Part shown: positions 39,446 to 52,235 of the stretch, one piece after another | Layout: every line of letters starts with the position of its first letter | Numbering within the stretch: the stretch's first letter is position 1 | Assembly (NCBI GenBank): GCA_951406725.2 | Contig: OX597827.1 | Span: forward strand, 22,630,001-22,694,000 | Direction: 5' to 3' | Source: Octopus vulgaris | Taxonomy: Eukaryota | DNA length: 64,000 nucleotides | Made by a program: the position numbers and the translations under genes | The notes under the pieces: model-generated | Told to the model about the DNA's origin: nothing | The model's input: the letters and a program-made list of their open reading frames with translations, nothing else | Database searches by the model: none

Positions 39446-40512
39446 GTGTGTGTGTGCATATATATATATATATTATATATATGCGTCTTTGTATGAGTGT
39501 GTGCATGTGTATTTGTGTGAGGATATGCACATAGATGTATGTATATGTGTGTGTAATATTTCAGATGGAATCATCACCATTGTCGTCATCATCATCATCA
39601 TCATCATTTCAAGCATGAAAACTAAATACCAGAGTGATAGAAAGTTAAAACAACAAAGTGAATAAGAGATAGAGTGAGAGCTTCAACAAGTTTGTCAACA
39701 GTTGGTGAATCAATTGTGTTTTGCTATCAATAGATAAGGGAATCCTCTACAGTGTATCACTGTTAATTCTTTAATCTTTAGCTCAGATAGGAGGAAGGAA
39801 TCAGAGTAGAAAGGGGGGAGGGGGGAGATAGGGTGGAAGAGAGAGAAGGGGGAGAGAGAAAGGGAAAGATAGAGGAAGGGAGAGATTGAGATGTCACAGT
39901 GACATGCATTCACAGATACACACAGTTACATGCTTATGTGCATACATACATACACATACATACACATACGTACATTCATACATATATACATACATACATG
40001 CATACATACATGCATACATACATACATACACATACGTACATTCATACATACATACACACACACACACACATACATACATACATACATACATACATACATG
40101 CATACATATATACATTTGGAAGGCAGAAGCAGCCCAATGTACTGATTCCATGATTTATTTATTTTCATCAACCATAAAGAGTAAGAATGGTTCTAGGTTT
40201 CCAACAGCCTGGTCCCTGGTTCACTTCTTATGGTCTCAGTAACAAACAATCACCTGTCTGTGTAACTAGGACTAAATGAATACCAGAAGGTATTTTTGTG
40301 CATGTAATGAGGACAACCTTGTCCACAGTTCATCTCCCAAATTCCACTCACAATTATTGATTAGTTGAGGTTAGGGCAAAAATACAATTGGGGGAGAGGT
40401 TGTGAACATGGAGGTGGCCCACAACATCAAGGCTATCCCAGAGCTGTACATCATTGGTGGGAGTAGAGAGGATGTCATTCAGACATGTGTTGTGATAGTA
40501 AAGATCACTTGG

Positions 40513-40815
40513 TGGAGGCACATGGCCTAGTGGTTAGAGCAGTGGACTTGCGGTCGAGGGATCGCAGGTTCGAATCTCAGACCAGGTGATGTGTGTGTTT
40601 ATGAGCGAAAACACCTAAGCTCCACGCGACTCCGGCAGAAGGTAATGGCAAACTTCTGCTGACTCTTTCACCACATCTTTCTCTCACTCTTTCCTCCTGC
40701 ATCTTGCAGCTCACCTGCAACGGACCGGCATCCCGTCCAGGTGGGGAACCTATACACCAAGGAAACTGGGAAACCAGCCCCTATGAGCTTGGCATGGCTT
40801 GAGAAGGAACAAACA
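40513..40815 (+). mobile_element. Family C SINE
   Basis: GGAGGCACATGGCCTAGTGGTTAGAGCAG...GGTTCGAATCTC head. Confidence 0.8.
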
Positions 40816-41422
40816 AAGATCACTTGAGAGTTGTCTGCTCAGATGATGAGGGCAGCGGGGCCCTGAAATGAAAACTGTAGCTTGTTTCAGCTGTGGGAGT
40901 AACCAATGGGAAAACAGAAGTGAATGAAATTCTCTCATTGTTGGTGCCACTGGCACGAGAGTCCAGTGAAATAGGGCACTTGGAAAGTGAGGGATTTACT
41001 CATGCAGAACAATGATGGCTAAAGTTTTCAAGTAGCAAATCGATCATCTTGCAGTGATGGTGAGTAAATGAAACTTGGAAAAAGATGAAGAAACCACTGG
41101 GAACAGCAGAAAGAAAGAAGAATGAACCTAGATTAAAGGCAAGGGGCTGCAAGACCCTTGCAAAGAGATGACCACCACCCCACTGATCTATCTGTACTTT
41201 ACATTATTTCAAAGAGATAGCTATAGACTACTTGATGTGATATGGGGCCTAAAAGAGGATAAAACATTTACTGTTTTATCAAAGAAGGGCTTGGAGTCCA
41301 ACTAAAAGCTGCCCTCTGAGGGGTAAATCATTGTTAAAGATCACATTAGGGAGTCTGTCTACAACTAAAGTGTCACTGCCCAGAGGATCTGAGATTCTTC
41401 ATATTTTGCTAACTTCAGATAT

Positions 41423-41710
41423 GAAGGTGTGTGGCTTAGCGGTTGGCTGACAATCGCAAGGTCGTGGGTTCAATTCCTGGTGGGACATTTTATCCTTGAG
41501 CAAGACACGTTATTTCATGTTGCTCCACTCCACTCAGCTGGCAAAAGTGAGTTGTACCAGTAATTAAAAGGGGCCAGTCTTATCACATTTAATGTCACGC
41601 TGAATCTCCCTGTGAACTATTTTAAGAGTACACATGTCTATGGAGCACTCAGCCACTTGCACATTAACTTCATGAGACGGTTGTTCCATTGATCAGGTCA
41701 ACTGGTGCAC
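41423..41710 (+). mobile_element. Family D SINE
   Basis: tRNA-like head with GGTTCAATTCC B box, then CCTTGAGCAAGACAC. Confidence 0.7.
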
Positions 41711-41954
41711 AGTAAATAATTTCAGAGATTCCATTTTCTAAAGATCAAAGTAGAAAGTGACCAGAGACATGAGTTCCCCTGCTCCAATCTTGGAACTGAC
41801 TTCTCACCCCTCTGGTAATGGATTCTTCTTACTTCTTAATTTTTTTTCTTCATAAATGTTCAACTTGTTTCTGTAGATGGTTTTTACCCCACCCCTTACA
41901 TCTATGTACATCCCCACGTGTTTTGTGATGCTTTCGTATAAGATGGTTTTTATA

Positions 41955-42208
41955 TTTATTTCTTTATTGCCCAAAGGGGACTAAACACAGAGGGGAGAAA
42001 CAAGGACAGACAAAGAGATTAAATCGATTACATCGACCACAGTACATAACTGGTACTATCAGTTCTGAGTTCAAATTCTGCCAAGGTCAACTTCACCATT
42101 CATCCTTTCAGGGTCAATAAAACAAATACCAGTTGAGTACTGGGGTTGATGTACAGGACTTATCTCTATCCCCCAAAAATTTCAGGCCTTGTGTCTATAG
42201 TGGAAAGG

Positions 42209-42267
<59 letters not shown>

Positions 42268-42283
42268 CATCATTATTATTATT
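41955..42283. mobile_element. Two family B SINE pieces in opposite orientation with an (ATT)n tail
   Basis: Minus piece 41955-42058, plus piece 42060-42208 and (ATT)n 42209-42283. Confidence 0.75.
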
Positions 42284-42288
42284 TGCAG

Positions 42289-42311
42289 ATTTCCTGATGA
42301 ACTTATTGACG
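42289..42311 (+). CDS. DNAAF9: DNAAF9 exon 4, 23-nt microexon (FPDELID-D)
   Basis: TTTGCAG acceptor and GTAAAT donor; phase 2 to 1 is required to join exons 3 and 5; matches FSEEVLDD. Confidence 0.87.
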
Positions 42312-43410
42312 GTAAATAACTATCTTACATTTTATCTTATATTTTTTTATAATTTTGTTTGTTTGTTTTTCCTTTTTCCTTTTTAATCCAATATTTTCTG
42401 AATTTTGGCTGGGTTTGACAGGTCTTGGAAGTTTAGCTTATGTTGAAGTACTTTATAGCCAATCTATCCATCCAACTACATTTTCTAGTCTGGACACTCC
42501 AGCCATGACATCCCTGAAGACTTCTTTCAGAGTAACTCAGTGACCCCAATATACACACATGCCTTCCCTTCCGATCACAGATACAGTTGTAAACATAAAC
42601 TCTAGGGTTTTATAGGAAGAAGATAAACGTGATGTTGTGACGTTCATTACAAACAGTAAACTTTATTTGTCTTCTGGTCCTTAGGTTTATTCAATGGAGC
42701 CCAGCCCGAACAAGGCATTCCTGCGCAATGTCCAGTTTGAAGACAAATTGATGCCTCCTCACTCACTACTGAGGTAAACCATGGGCCGTGGATGTCTGCT
42801 TCCCTTTAATCTGGTTTCGGATTACTCTTTTAAATGTAATCCTTATTTATTCAGATTGTTTTGAATTAATAATCCTGTTGTGAGAGGACGGATCTGATTG
42901 GTTTGAACAGCAAATAGATTGATTATTTGAGTTTGTATGTGGCTGGTGTAAATGCTGAAAGGGTTAGCAGATAGAATTAGTCCCAGGCATACCACAATAA
43001 GGGGTTGTGATGTTGCATAGTATCCAATACCATGATACTGTCATAGTCTAAGCCACAACAAAATGGAAAGTACCTGATGCGGCAGCGGAAGTGGGGGGCA
43101 GTGATGGTGATAGTGGTGGTGGTGGTGGTGGTTCTCATTTGTAAGAACAGAAGTGATAGTTGTCATGGTAACGATGGTGATGATGCTGGTATGAGTTGTG
43201 GTGATGGTGGTCATCAATGGCATCAGCATCATCCATCGTCGCCATCGTCGTCATCATCAAGAAATAATTTCCCATTATCTTATCGTCATCACTATCACTG
43301 TTTCACTTGCGATGACATTTGCCTCAGCCATAAAATAAACTATTTCTGCTCCCTTTTCCTTTTGCTATAAATCTTGTGACATCATAAAATCTTTTGAATT
43401 CTCTCTGCAG

Positions 43411-43535
43411 ATGTTATCCTCCTGATAAAGCGTAACTGTGTCCACATCTACTGCAACCCATTCAACTGTGACATTATTCTACCCTATGCCAACAGCTGGC
43501 ATAATCTCTGTCTCCATTGTCTGGATTCTGACCAG
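43411..43535 (+). CDS. DNAAF9: DNAAF9 exon 5 (DVILLIKRNCVHIYCNPFNCDIILPYANSWHNLCLHCLDSDQ)
   Basis: Canonical splice sites; matches DVIILIKSDSVHLYCNPVN...LLPYVAHWRNLHFHC. Confidence 0.95.
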
Positions 43536-44030
43536 GTTAGTTCACACTCTCTCAAAACAAAATGATCTGGTTTTGTTTAACCTCTAATAATAAATCTCTG
43601 AACGAGATTGTCATGCACTGACGACAGGTAAATACCCAGAAACCTGGGTCCGTACGTATCACGTCAGGTCGACGATGGGAAGGATGGCTTCCATTTACAA
43701 ATACTGATAGGGCACAGAAAGTGCGCCAATAGCCAGCTGGAGAAGATGTTCTCCTGGGGCTACAAGCTACAATAGCATCCACCCTTAGTGGTTAGCCACA
43801 TTTAAGTGGCAAATATACTTCACATTGTTCAACCTCTGTTTTTGTTTTAAATTCAAGAAACAAGAGTCTGTATAATTTTTGACTTAGCTTTGTACATAAA
43901 AATTTGACCAGTTAAATTTCAAAGGATATTAAGTAAAGACCCTGAAGAAACTGCACCAGTACTATGGTAGGGCTGCAATTGCAATGGTTACGAATAGATG
44001 CAGTAAAAACATGTGTAGGTCTATGTAAAG

Positions 44031-44097
<67 letters not shown>

Positions 44098-44189
44098 TGT
44101 ATGTATGTATGTATGTATGTATGTATGTATGTATATATGTATATATATACATATATATATATGTATGTATGTATATATATGTGTATATA

Positions 44190-44228
<39 letters not shown>

Positions 44229-44752
44229 ATACATATATATATATTTATATATATATATGTATATATATATATATTTTATATATATACATATATATATATA
44301 TGTATATATATATATAAATATATATACATATACATATATACATATATATATATAATGAATAAATAAAATATATGCATATATACATACATATATGTACATA
44401 CTTACATCTACATGTATATATACATGCATATATATATATATGAGTACAGGACACCACAAATAAACGTAGAACACAACGAGAGACAAAAACATAAAATCAA
44501 ACAAGGAAACGGAAAACAGGACGTAAAAGCAATACAAATGAAGAAAAAACAATACAAATGAAGAAAAACAGTACAAATAAAGAAACAGGACAGGGAACCA
44601 ACAATAAGGGCTTTTTTTTGCCTAGACGCTGGAAAAATTAGTTAGAACGCATGTGAAAAATCAGCTTACGAAGGATAGAAGTCGATCTATACTTGTTGAA
44701 GCACAAAGCTGAAAGAAAGTTTTAGTAGCCCTCTGGTCAGGAGGAGGAGGAG

Positions 44753-44792
<40 letters not shown>

Positions 44793-44818
44793 GAAAGGTA
44801 ATGCTAATGCTACTTATT

Positions 44819-44850
<32 letters not shown>

Positions 44851-44927
44851 ATATACACACACACATGTATGTGTGTAGGCATATATAAATATATACACAC
44901 ACACACACACACAGACGCACACACACA

Positions 44928-44970
<43 letters not shown>

Positions 44971-44973
44971 GTA

Positions 44974-46245
44974 TGAGGGGTGTTCATTAAAGATTTCCCC
45001 TGACCCACTTCCAATTATTGCAGGAAATGTAACTTGTACATGTGTAATTATACATGTCCCTACATGCCACATTGTAAATTGCAGCTCTCTACCAGTATTT
45101 GTTTGACTTTTACGGCTCCTAAAGTGGACTAAGGTGTTATAATGGAGGCAGTTGAATGCAGCTCAGTGATCCGGTTGTTATACTTGAAAAGTCATACACC
45201 GAAAGAGACTTTCAATGAGATGAAAGAAGTTTATGGGGACGATGCACCATCATATGATGTAGTCCAGCACTGGCATCACCAGTTCAAATGTGGTCGGGCA
45301 TCAGTGGAAACTGCTCCTATTCCTGGATGACTACATTCTGCCATTGATGACGATGTCATCCATAAAGTGGAAGCCACCGTTTTCAAGGATCGCCACATAA
45401 CTATTTGGCAACTATCCCAAGGAGTGAAGATAAGTGTAGGGTCCATGGAAAAAAATCATTCACAACCATTTGCACATGTGGAAGTTGTCTTCACGATGGA
45501 TTCCCCAGGTGCTCACACCTTTTCAGAAGCAGGAACAAGTCAATTGTTCCAAGGCTCCTTTGGCAATGTGCCAAGAAAATAAGGACTTTTTCGGCAGACT
45601 TATCACACAGGATTAAACATGGGTCCACCACTATGATCTTGAGACTAAAGTTCAGTCAAAGCAATGGAAGCATGATAATTCACCACCTCCAAAGAAGGTT
45701 CATGTCCAACCCTCAGCAGGCAAGATGATGCTCACAGTTTTTTGGGACCAGTGTGGAGTAGCAATTATGGATTTTCTGGCAAAGGGCACCACAATTAACA
45801 GGGCATATTATGCTTCTCTGCTGCAGAAATTGCAGAATGCCATCAAAGCAGAGAGGTTTGACATGCTGACCAAAAGAATATGCCTCCTCCAAGACAATGC
45901 CCCAATTCACAATGCACATATCTTCTAGATGAAAGCACATTTCTTCAGCTATGAAATCCTTCCTCATTCCCCTTACTCTCCTCATCTCACACCATCTGAC
46001 TTCCACTTCTTTCCAACTTTGAAGTCTTTTCTGAAGGAGAAGAACTTTTTAGATGATGATAAACTTATTTCCAACGCAAACCTACCGACCTCGACAGATG
46101 AAGTCTTCACAGCTGCATAAAGTGATGGGAGAAATGTATCACCACTGGTGGTGGCTATGTAGGGAAAGACTAATAATTATGCTAAGTTTCGTTTATTCCA
46201 GTCCTTGAGAAGTGGGCCAGGGGAATCTTTAATGAACACCCCTCA
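44974..46245 (+). mobile_element. Mariner (DD34D) transposon, defective
   Basis: TA TSD and ~38-bp TIRs TGAGGGGTGTTCATTAAAGATT..CCCCTG.CCCACTTC. Transposase 45142-~46172 with QDNAPIH...PYSPHLTPSDF (34-residue spacing), stops and frameshifts. Confidence 0.92.
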
Positions 46246-46247
46246 TA

Positions 46248-46292
<45 letters not shown>

Positions 46293-46297
<5 letters not shown>

Positions 46298-46505
46298 AGT
46301 GTTTGCTGAAAAGTTCCTGGCTTTGGGTAAAAGAAAATACAGGAGGATTATGATTTTATTCAACACATTCCCCTCTCAGATTCACATACTTATTGCATTG
46401 GTCCTTTGGTTTTTGCAAGCCCTGTAAAAGAACTCAGACGGTTGGGTCCCCCAACCAGGCATTTCACTATACCCTTAAACCCAGGAACTTTTCAGCACCC
46501 CCTTA
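46293..46505. mobile_element. Mariner-type MITE
   Basis: Same family as 37535-37740. Confidence 0.72.
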
Positions 46506-46521
46506 TATATACATATATATA

Positions 46522-46573
<52 letters not shown>

Positions 46574-46574
<1 letters not shown>

Positions 46575-46640
46575 CTACAAAATTAGAAAATGGAGAAACA
46601 TACTTAAATCAATCAAACATCAACCATCAGATGATACCCA

Positions 46641-46682
<42 letters not shown>

Positions 46683-47482
46683 ATTAATAGTAATTTTTAT
46701 TGACTTTTATAGGTTTATAATTTTATGAACTGAACTGTGTTTTTTTTATTATTTTTTATGTATATGTCTGATTTAAATTTAAATGTGAGTGTGCAAATAT
46801 TTTCCTGTAGGTTAGTTTGGGAATTAGAAGCCCAATATGTAGAATAACTGTGTTTGTTAATATATATTGACATATTTTGTTTTGTTTATTTTGTATTATT
46901 GTATTAATGAGTATATATATATGTGTAGTATTATGAGTGTCTATGCACACGTTTTTATATTTTTATATTTATATGTATAAAAAAAATTTTTTCACACTTA
47001 TAATAAATTAAATTCTCTGAAGAGGCTGTGGGACATCCTTGTTAATGTCTCATTTATACCTGCCTTATATGGCTTATAGGTTAAATGAGGCATACTTGTC
47101 CTTACTGCCGAAACAGCTGTCAGATATGATATAATTATATATTATATTTTATATTTTATATTTCTATTTCCTTGTCTAATTATATTTACAATATATTTTG
47201 TATAATGCCTTTGCTGTTATGTAATGGTGTAATAAAGTATTGATTGGGTATCATCTGATGGTTGATGTTTGATTGATTTAAGTATGTTTCTCTATTTTCT
47301 AATTTTGTAGTATTAATTTACGGTAATATTTTTACCTTTGCCCACATAATACAGTAGATGAATTAATTGCATGGCAATTTTTAAGATTTATGTATTAGTC
47401 TTGTTGGGTACCTCTCTAGCAGTATATTGGATATATGTTATCCCATGGTGGGTTGAATTTTCAACCCCTATCTCATTTTATA

Positions 47483-47490
<8 letters not shown>
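46574..47490 (+). mobile_element. AT-rich Penelope-like terminal-repeat element with an inverted segment
   Basis: 46574-46642 is the inverted copy of 47243-47311; flanked by (TA)n; contains a hammerhead. Confidence 0.65.
47014..47124 (+). ncRNA. Type I hammerhead ribozyme with intact core and long helix II
   Basis: Helix I TCT/AGA; CTGAAGA 47017-47023; helix II GGC.GT.GGGACA...CTCATTTA..ACCT GCC/GGC..AGGT TAAATGAG...TGTCCT.AC.GCC; GAAA 47110-47113; palindromic helix III ACAGCTGT; GTC triplet 47119-47121. Confidence 0.8.
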
Positions 47491-47546
<56 letters not shown>

Positions 47547-47630
47547 GCATCATCATCATTGTAATATAGATATTATTCCTGGAACCCTGTTCCATTAATG
47601 ACCCCCTGTACATCCATCATCTAATTCCAG

Positions 47631-47727
47631 TTCCAAGACACAGACAAAGCTGAAGACTTCAAGATAAACAGTTTCATTGCAATGGTCACTGGCTGCCGAT
47701 GTATTGGTGTGTGTTACAGTGCTACAG
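47631..47727 (+). CDS. DNAAF9: DNAAF9 exon 6 (FQDTDKAEDFKINSFIAMVTGCRCIGVCYSAT-E)
   Basis: Canonical splice sites; matches [24 protein letters not shown]. Confidence 0.94.
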
Positions 47728-48442
47728 GTAAGGTGGTAGTGTATGTTAGAGTGGTATGTATAGTGGTGTGCACAAGATGGCAGCGACGGCAGTGGTGGTG
47801 GTGGTGGTGGTGGTGGTATTTGTAGTTATGCTGTTGTTGCTGTTGTTGTTGTCGTCCCAGGCAGAACAGAAATGTGATACACAGATTGCTGACCAAACGA
47901 GGTCAAAAGGTCACTTCATACAGCATCCTTTGTTGGTCCAAGGTCATTGAAATGGTTACTGTTATCTTCATCCATCAGACCTCCCTTTTTATGGTGCCAA
48001 GGGATGACTTAAGGGAGATTTGGTTACTATATCTAGCTAATTGAGTGACCACATGAGGGCTCTATCTGCTCAGATTACTGTGTGATAATCAGGTTAACAC
48101 AGAAGAGCACACAATAAATATGATTTACCACATAATATATCCCAGGATTAGGATTAACGTAATAACATTCTCCCTTAACCCTTTGGCATTCAGATTATTC
48201 TGTCAAATACACAGCTTATCTATTCCTATTGTCTTGAATTAATCATGGATTATCTCGTAGCTTTGGGATTTCAAAGATGTGATTGTTTATTATTTAGATG
48301 ACATTGTCAGGTAGGTGTGAGAGGCCAGATCTGGCCAGTTTGAAAGTAAAATCGATAAAATATCTTTGTGTCGGATTTGGTCTGTTTAAATGCTAAAGGG
48401 TTAAACTTGTGATTCTGTCAAACTTCCATTCTGTATTTGCAG

Positions 48443-48521
48443 AAGAACCTGAGACTTTCCATTTTATGGACATCGAGAAGTGGCCTCTTGTACAGGCATT
48501 TGCAAATGAAAGTTACCAGAG
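48443..48521 (+). CDS. DNAAF9: DNAAF9 exon 7 (EPETFHFMDIEKWPLVQAFANESYQ-S)
   Basis: Matches VEKWPIVQAFALE; phase 1 to 2. Confidence 0.95.
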
Positions 48522-48802
48522 GTCAGTGTCCACACTGAAATACAGCTGTATACATACAAACACTCACATACACACACACACATACACACAAACACACACA
48601 CACACATACAGAAACACACACAAACACACACACAGAGAAACACATACACACATACAAATGCACACACACATACACACACACGCAAACACATACACACACA
48701 CGCAAACACACACATACACACACATACATACACACACACATGTATAAATTATTTAAATGTCTTTATTTTTATTAATTTTATGCTTTTGTTTGTTTATTGC
48801 AG

Positions 48803-48830
48803 TCAAGGTTTCTTCACCATGCTGTATCAA
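48803..48830 (+). CDS. DNAAF9: DNAAF9 exon 8, 28 nt (QGFFTMLYQ)
   Basis: Matches GFFTMKYE; CAG acceptor and GTAAG donor. Confidence 0.93.
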
Positions 48831-50263
48831 GTAAGTATAAAGAGGAAGATGTTGCTGTTGTTGTTGTTGTTTCATCACCATCATCAGCAGCTGCAGCATT
48901 CATTATCCAGTTTCCATACTGGAATGAGCTGGATGGTTTGACAGAATCTGATGTGTTGGAGGACTGCATCATACTCCAATGTCTTCTTTGGCATGTAGGT
49001 CCTGCATAGGAGAAGTGGGGATCAAAGGAAAGAGGTGTGCAGTCCTTAAATAGGAGGGGGAGAAAATGTAAGTTGGGAAAAGTGAGATGGTGAATTCAGA
49101 CCAAAAGGCAAGTATGTTTGGAGAGAGAAGATGAGCTCCTATTCACTTTGAAGACAAGTGATGGAGAATGTGGTGTTAGAGGACAAGAAAAAGACCAAGT
49201 GATGTTGGGTGAAATGGTCAGTAAAGTGGAAATGCCAAGAAACAGGTGATCTGTTGCCAAGTTGGATGTCTCAAAGTGCTTTGCATACCTTCCAGATAGT
49301 TGCCAGCTGGTTTTCTCAATGTAGATCAAATTATAGAGGGAATATTGTGGCACATATATTATGTTGTGAAAGAGTCCTAGTTTGGATAGTATGGTGGTTG
49401 GATGCATTGAGAAGGGTGTTGTTAGAAAGGAAAGGGAAAATGTAGCAGCAGGACAGGATCAGAGAAGGGATCCAGAAGGGAGTAGAGAATGGTGGCCTGG
49501 AGGGAAGGAGAAGCTGTGAACAAGGGGCATGCACAGATTGTAAGTGCACTTAAAGGAAGAAGCAAGAGGTGGCAGGGTCAGATTGCAGGCAGTAGGAGAG
49601 ATAGAGAATTGTGTTATAAGGGTAGGGTGGTTGGTGAGGAGAAAAGGAAATGCAGGGATTTGGGTTCCAGATGCCAGTTGTAAGGGCTGAGGGGCAACCA
49701 ATGGCACAGACACAGGAAAGGACATCTTGGAGAAGGGTGGATCCATGACTGGTGCAAATGAATTGGTCTTGTGGTGAGTCTGGGTATATGAAGAGGTGAT
49801 ATCCATACACACACATATACTTTTGGAAGTGGAGAGAGTCCTTTGATGGACCATTTCATGGTTTGTTACTCAGCTTCCTTCCCCAATCAATATCATATAA
49901 TATTTATCTCTTGTGTAAAGCAATCATAAGTTAAGACATCACTATAACGGCTAGCTCAATTTGCATAATTGCGCTTTTTTGATGGCTCATCATTAATTAG
50001 ATAATATATATTTTATGTAGTGTGGGTGTAGGGAGGGAGAGAGAGGAAAACAGAAATGGGATATGACATATGCACCACATATGGGATTTTGTGTGTGTGT
50101 GTGTGTGTAGGTATAAATACACACACACATGTAGAGTTTTGGGTTTCACCAGCCTCCTTTTATTTGTAGGTTTTCCTGTAACGATTAATTTAAAAGTAAA
50201 ATCAAAGACATTTGCTATGAAAATCTTTCTTTTTGTTTGTTTTTTTTTTGTGTCTTTTTACAG

Positions 50264-50341
50264 GTGAAGGACATCAGTGAGATGGTCCAGCCTCTCTTCT
50301 GTGTCGTCGACTGGACATACCTGGAGAATATCATTACAAAG
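50264..50341 (+). CDS. DNAAF9: DNAAF9 exon 9 (VKDISEMVQPLFCVVDWTYLENIITK)
   Basis: Strong polypyrimidine tract and CAG, GTGAG donor, phase 0 to 0; aligns to LQDVS...MDPMSLESLL. Confidence 0.9.
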
Positions 50342-50686
50342 GTGAGTAGGGGCTGCAGTTAGGGTCCCTCAGTGGAGGACAGGGAAGAAGTCACATCAAG
50401 GACAGTGTGATTCAGTGATATGACCCCTAGGGATGGGGGTCACAACAATCCGTTGTCCTTTTGTGACATGGTCCTTTGTGACAGAGCAGGGTCTGTGGGA
50501 TTTGGTGGTTATTGTCCATTGGATAGGAGATCCCCTAAAAGCTTGGTGGTGTGGTTTCATTGAAGGAGGGGTGGTCAAGTAGGGGTCCCACAAACGTTGT
50601 TGTTGTTGTTGTTGTTGTTTGGCTCTAATACATTTTATGGAAGAAAACAATAATAATAAGAAGAATAATTTGCTCTCTTTCTGCAG

Positions 50687-50745
50687 CATCTTCCCAGTTT
50701 TGAACATCAATGGAGTGTGATGATACAGTCTACAGCACATGCCAT
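50687..50745 (+). CDS. DNAAF9: DNAAF9 exon 10 (HLPSFEHQWSVMIQSTAHA-I)
   Basis: Matches LVAFEHQWTS. Confidence 0.92.
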
Positions 50746-51084
50746 GTAAGTTTTTCTGAAATGAGTCACTCTTAATACAGTTGAGTGAACCTTCATATTG
50801 CTGAGTTGACCTTTAATATGTTGAGTCTTCTTTAAAAGACAGATACACCCTCAAAGGAGACATATCGCATTTCAAAATTAGGTTCATCTTTAAAAAGATA
50901 TTGTTATCTGTATAAGAACTGAGTGGACTCAAATTTTAAGAGTAACTCACGTTAAGAGTAACTCAGATTTATGAGTAACTCAGGTTTCTGAAGATTGTCT
51001 TAATAAATGGAAAAATGACATTGTCTATTTGGTAAAAAAAAATACACATTCCACAGAGAAAATGTGTGGTTTAAGACAAATATT

Positions 51085-51655
51085 GTAGTGTAAGTACCGA
51101 GAGAGAAGTGAGTACAGTAAAAGTACCGAGAGGGAAGTGAGTACAGTAAAAGTACTGAGTGGGATGTGAGTACAGTAAAAGTACTGAGTGGGAAGTGAGT
51201 ACAGTAAAAGTACTGGGTGGGAAGTGAGTACAGTAAAAGTACTGAGTGGGAAGTGAGTACAGTAAAAGTACTGAGTGGGAAGTGAGTACAGTAAAAGTAC
51301 TGAGTGGGAAGTGAGTACAGTAAAAGTACTGAGTGGGAAGTGAGTACAGTAAAAGTACTGAGTGGGAAGTGAGTACAGTAAAAGTACTGAGTGGGAAGTG
51401 AGTACAGTAAAAGTACTGAGTGGGAAGTGAGCACAGTAAAAATACTGAGTGGGAAGTGAGTACAGTAAAAGTACTGAGTGGGAAGTGAGTACAGTAAAAG
51501 TACCGAGTGGGAAGTGAGTACAGTAAAAGTACTGAGAAGGGATGGAGTACAGTAAAAGTACTAAGAGAGAAGGGAGTACAGTAAAAGTACCGAAAGAGAA
51601 ATGAGTACAGTAAAAGTACTGAGAAGGAATGGAGTACAGTAAAAGTACCGAGAGG
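51085..51655. repeat. 29-bp minisatellite, ~19-20 copies
   Basis: Unit GAGTACAGTAAAAGTACTGAGTGGGAAGT; homogeneous centre and diverged edges. Confidence 0.95.
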
Positions 51656-51689
51656 TTCATGACCATATATAAAAATATTTATTATAAAT

Positions 51690-51911
51690 ACTCTTTTACT
51701 CTCTTTTATTGTTTTCAGTCATTTGACTGAGGCCATGCTGTAGCACCACCTTTAGTCGAATAAATCAACCCCAGGACTTATTCTTTGTAGGCCAAGTACT
51801 TATTCTATCAGTCTCTTTTTGCTGAACTGATAAGTTATGGGGTATGTTAAACATACCAGCATCAGTTGTCAAGCAATGGTGGGGGGACAAACGCAGGCAC
51901 AAACAACAAAC

Positions 51912-51954
<43 letters not shown>

Positions 51955-52172
51955 GGAGTAAACACATAAATGTGAAACAAGGTGGGAAAAAGAGTACTCA
52001 AATACCAGTGGTAGAGTAATATGCTTTTGTTGAATTTTCTGCTGCTTTAAATAAAGTATATATATACATATACATATACATATATATACATATATACATA
52101 TACATACACATATATACATATACATATATATACATATACATACACATATATATATAAATATATATATATACA

Positions 52173-52235
<63 letters not shown>

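Noticed and set aside
42685-42773. Scrambled exon order (true start exon lying downstream of exons 2-4)
   Set aside because: A better start exon (28422-28444, PFVS-CSRL, strong donor, adjacent X-box) exists in normal order; kept only as a candidate alternative exon.
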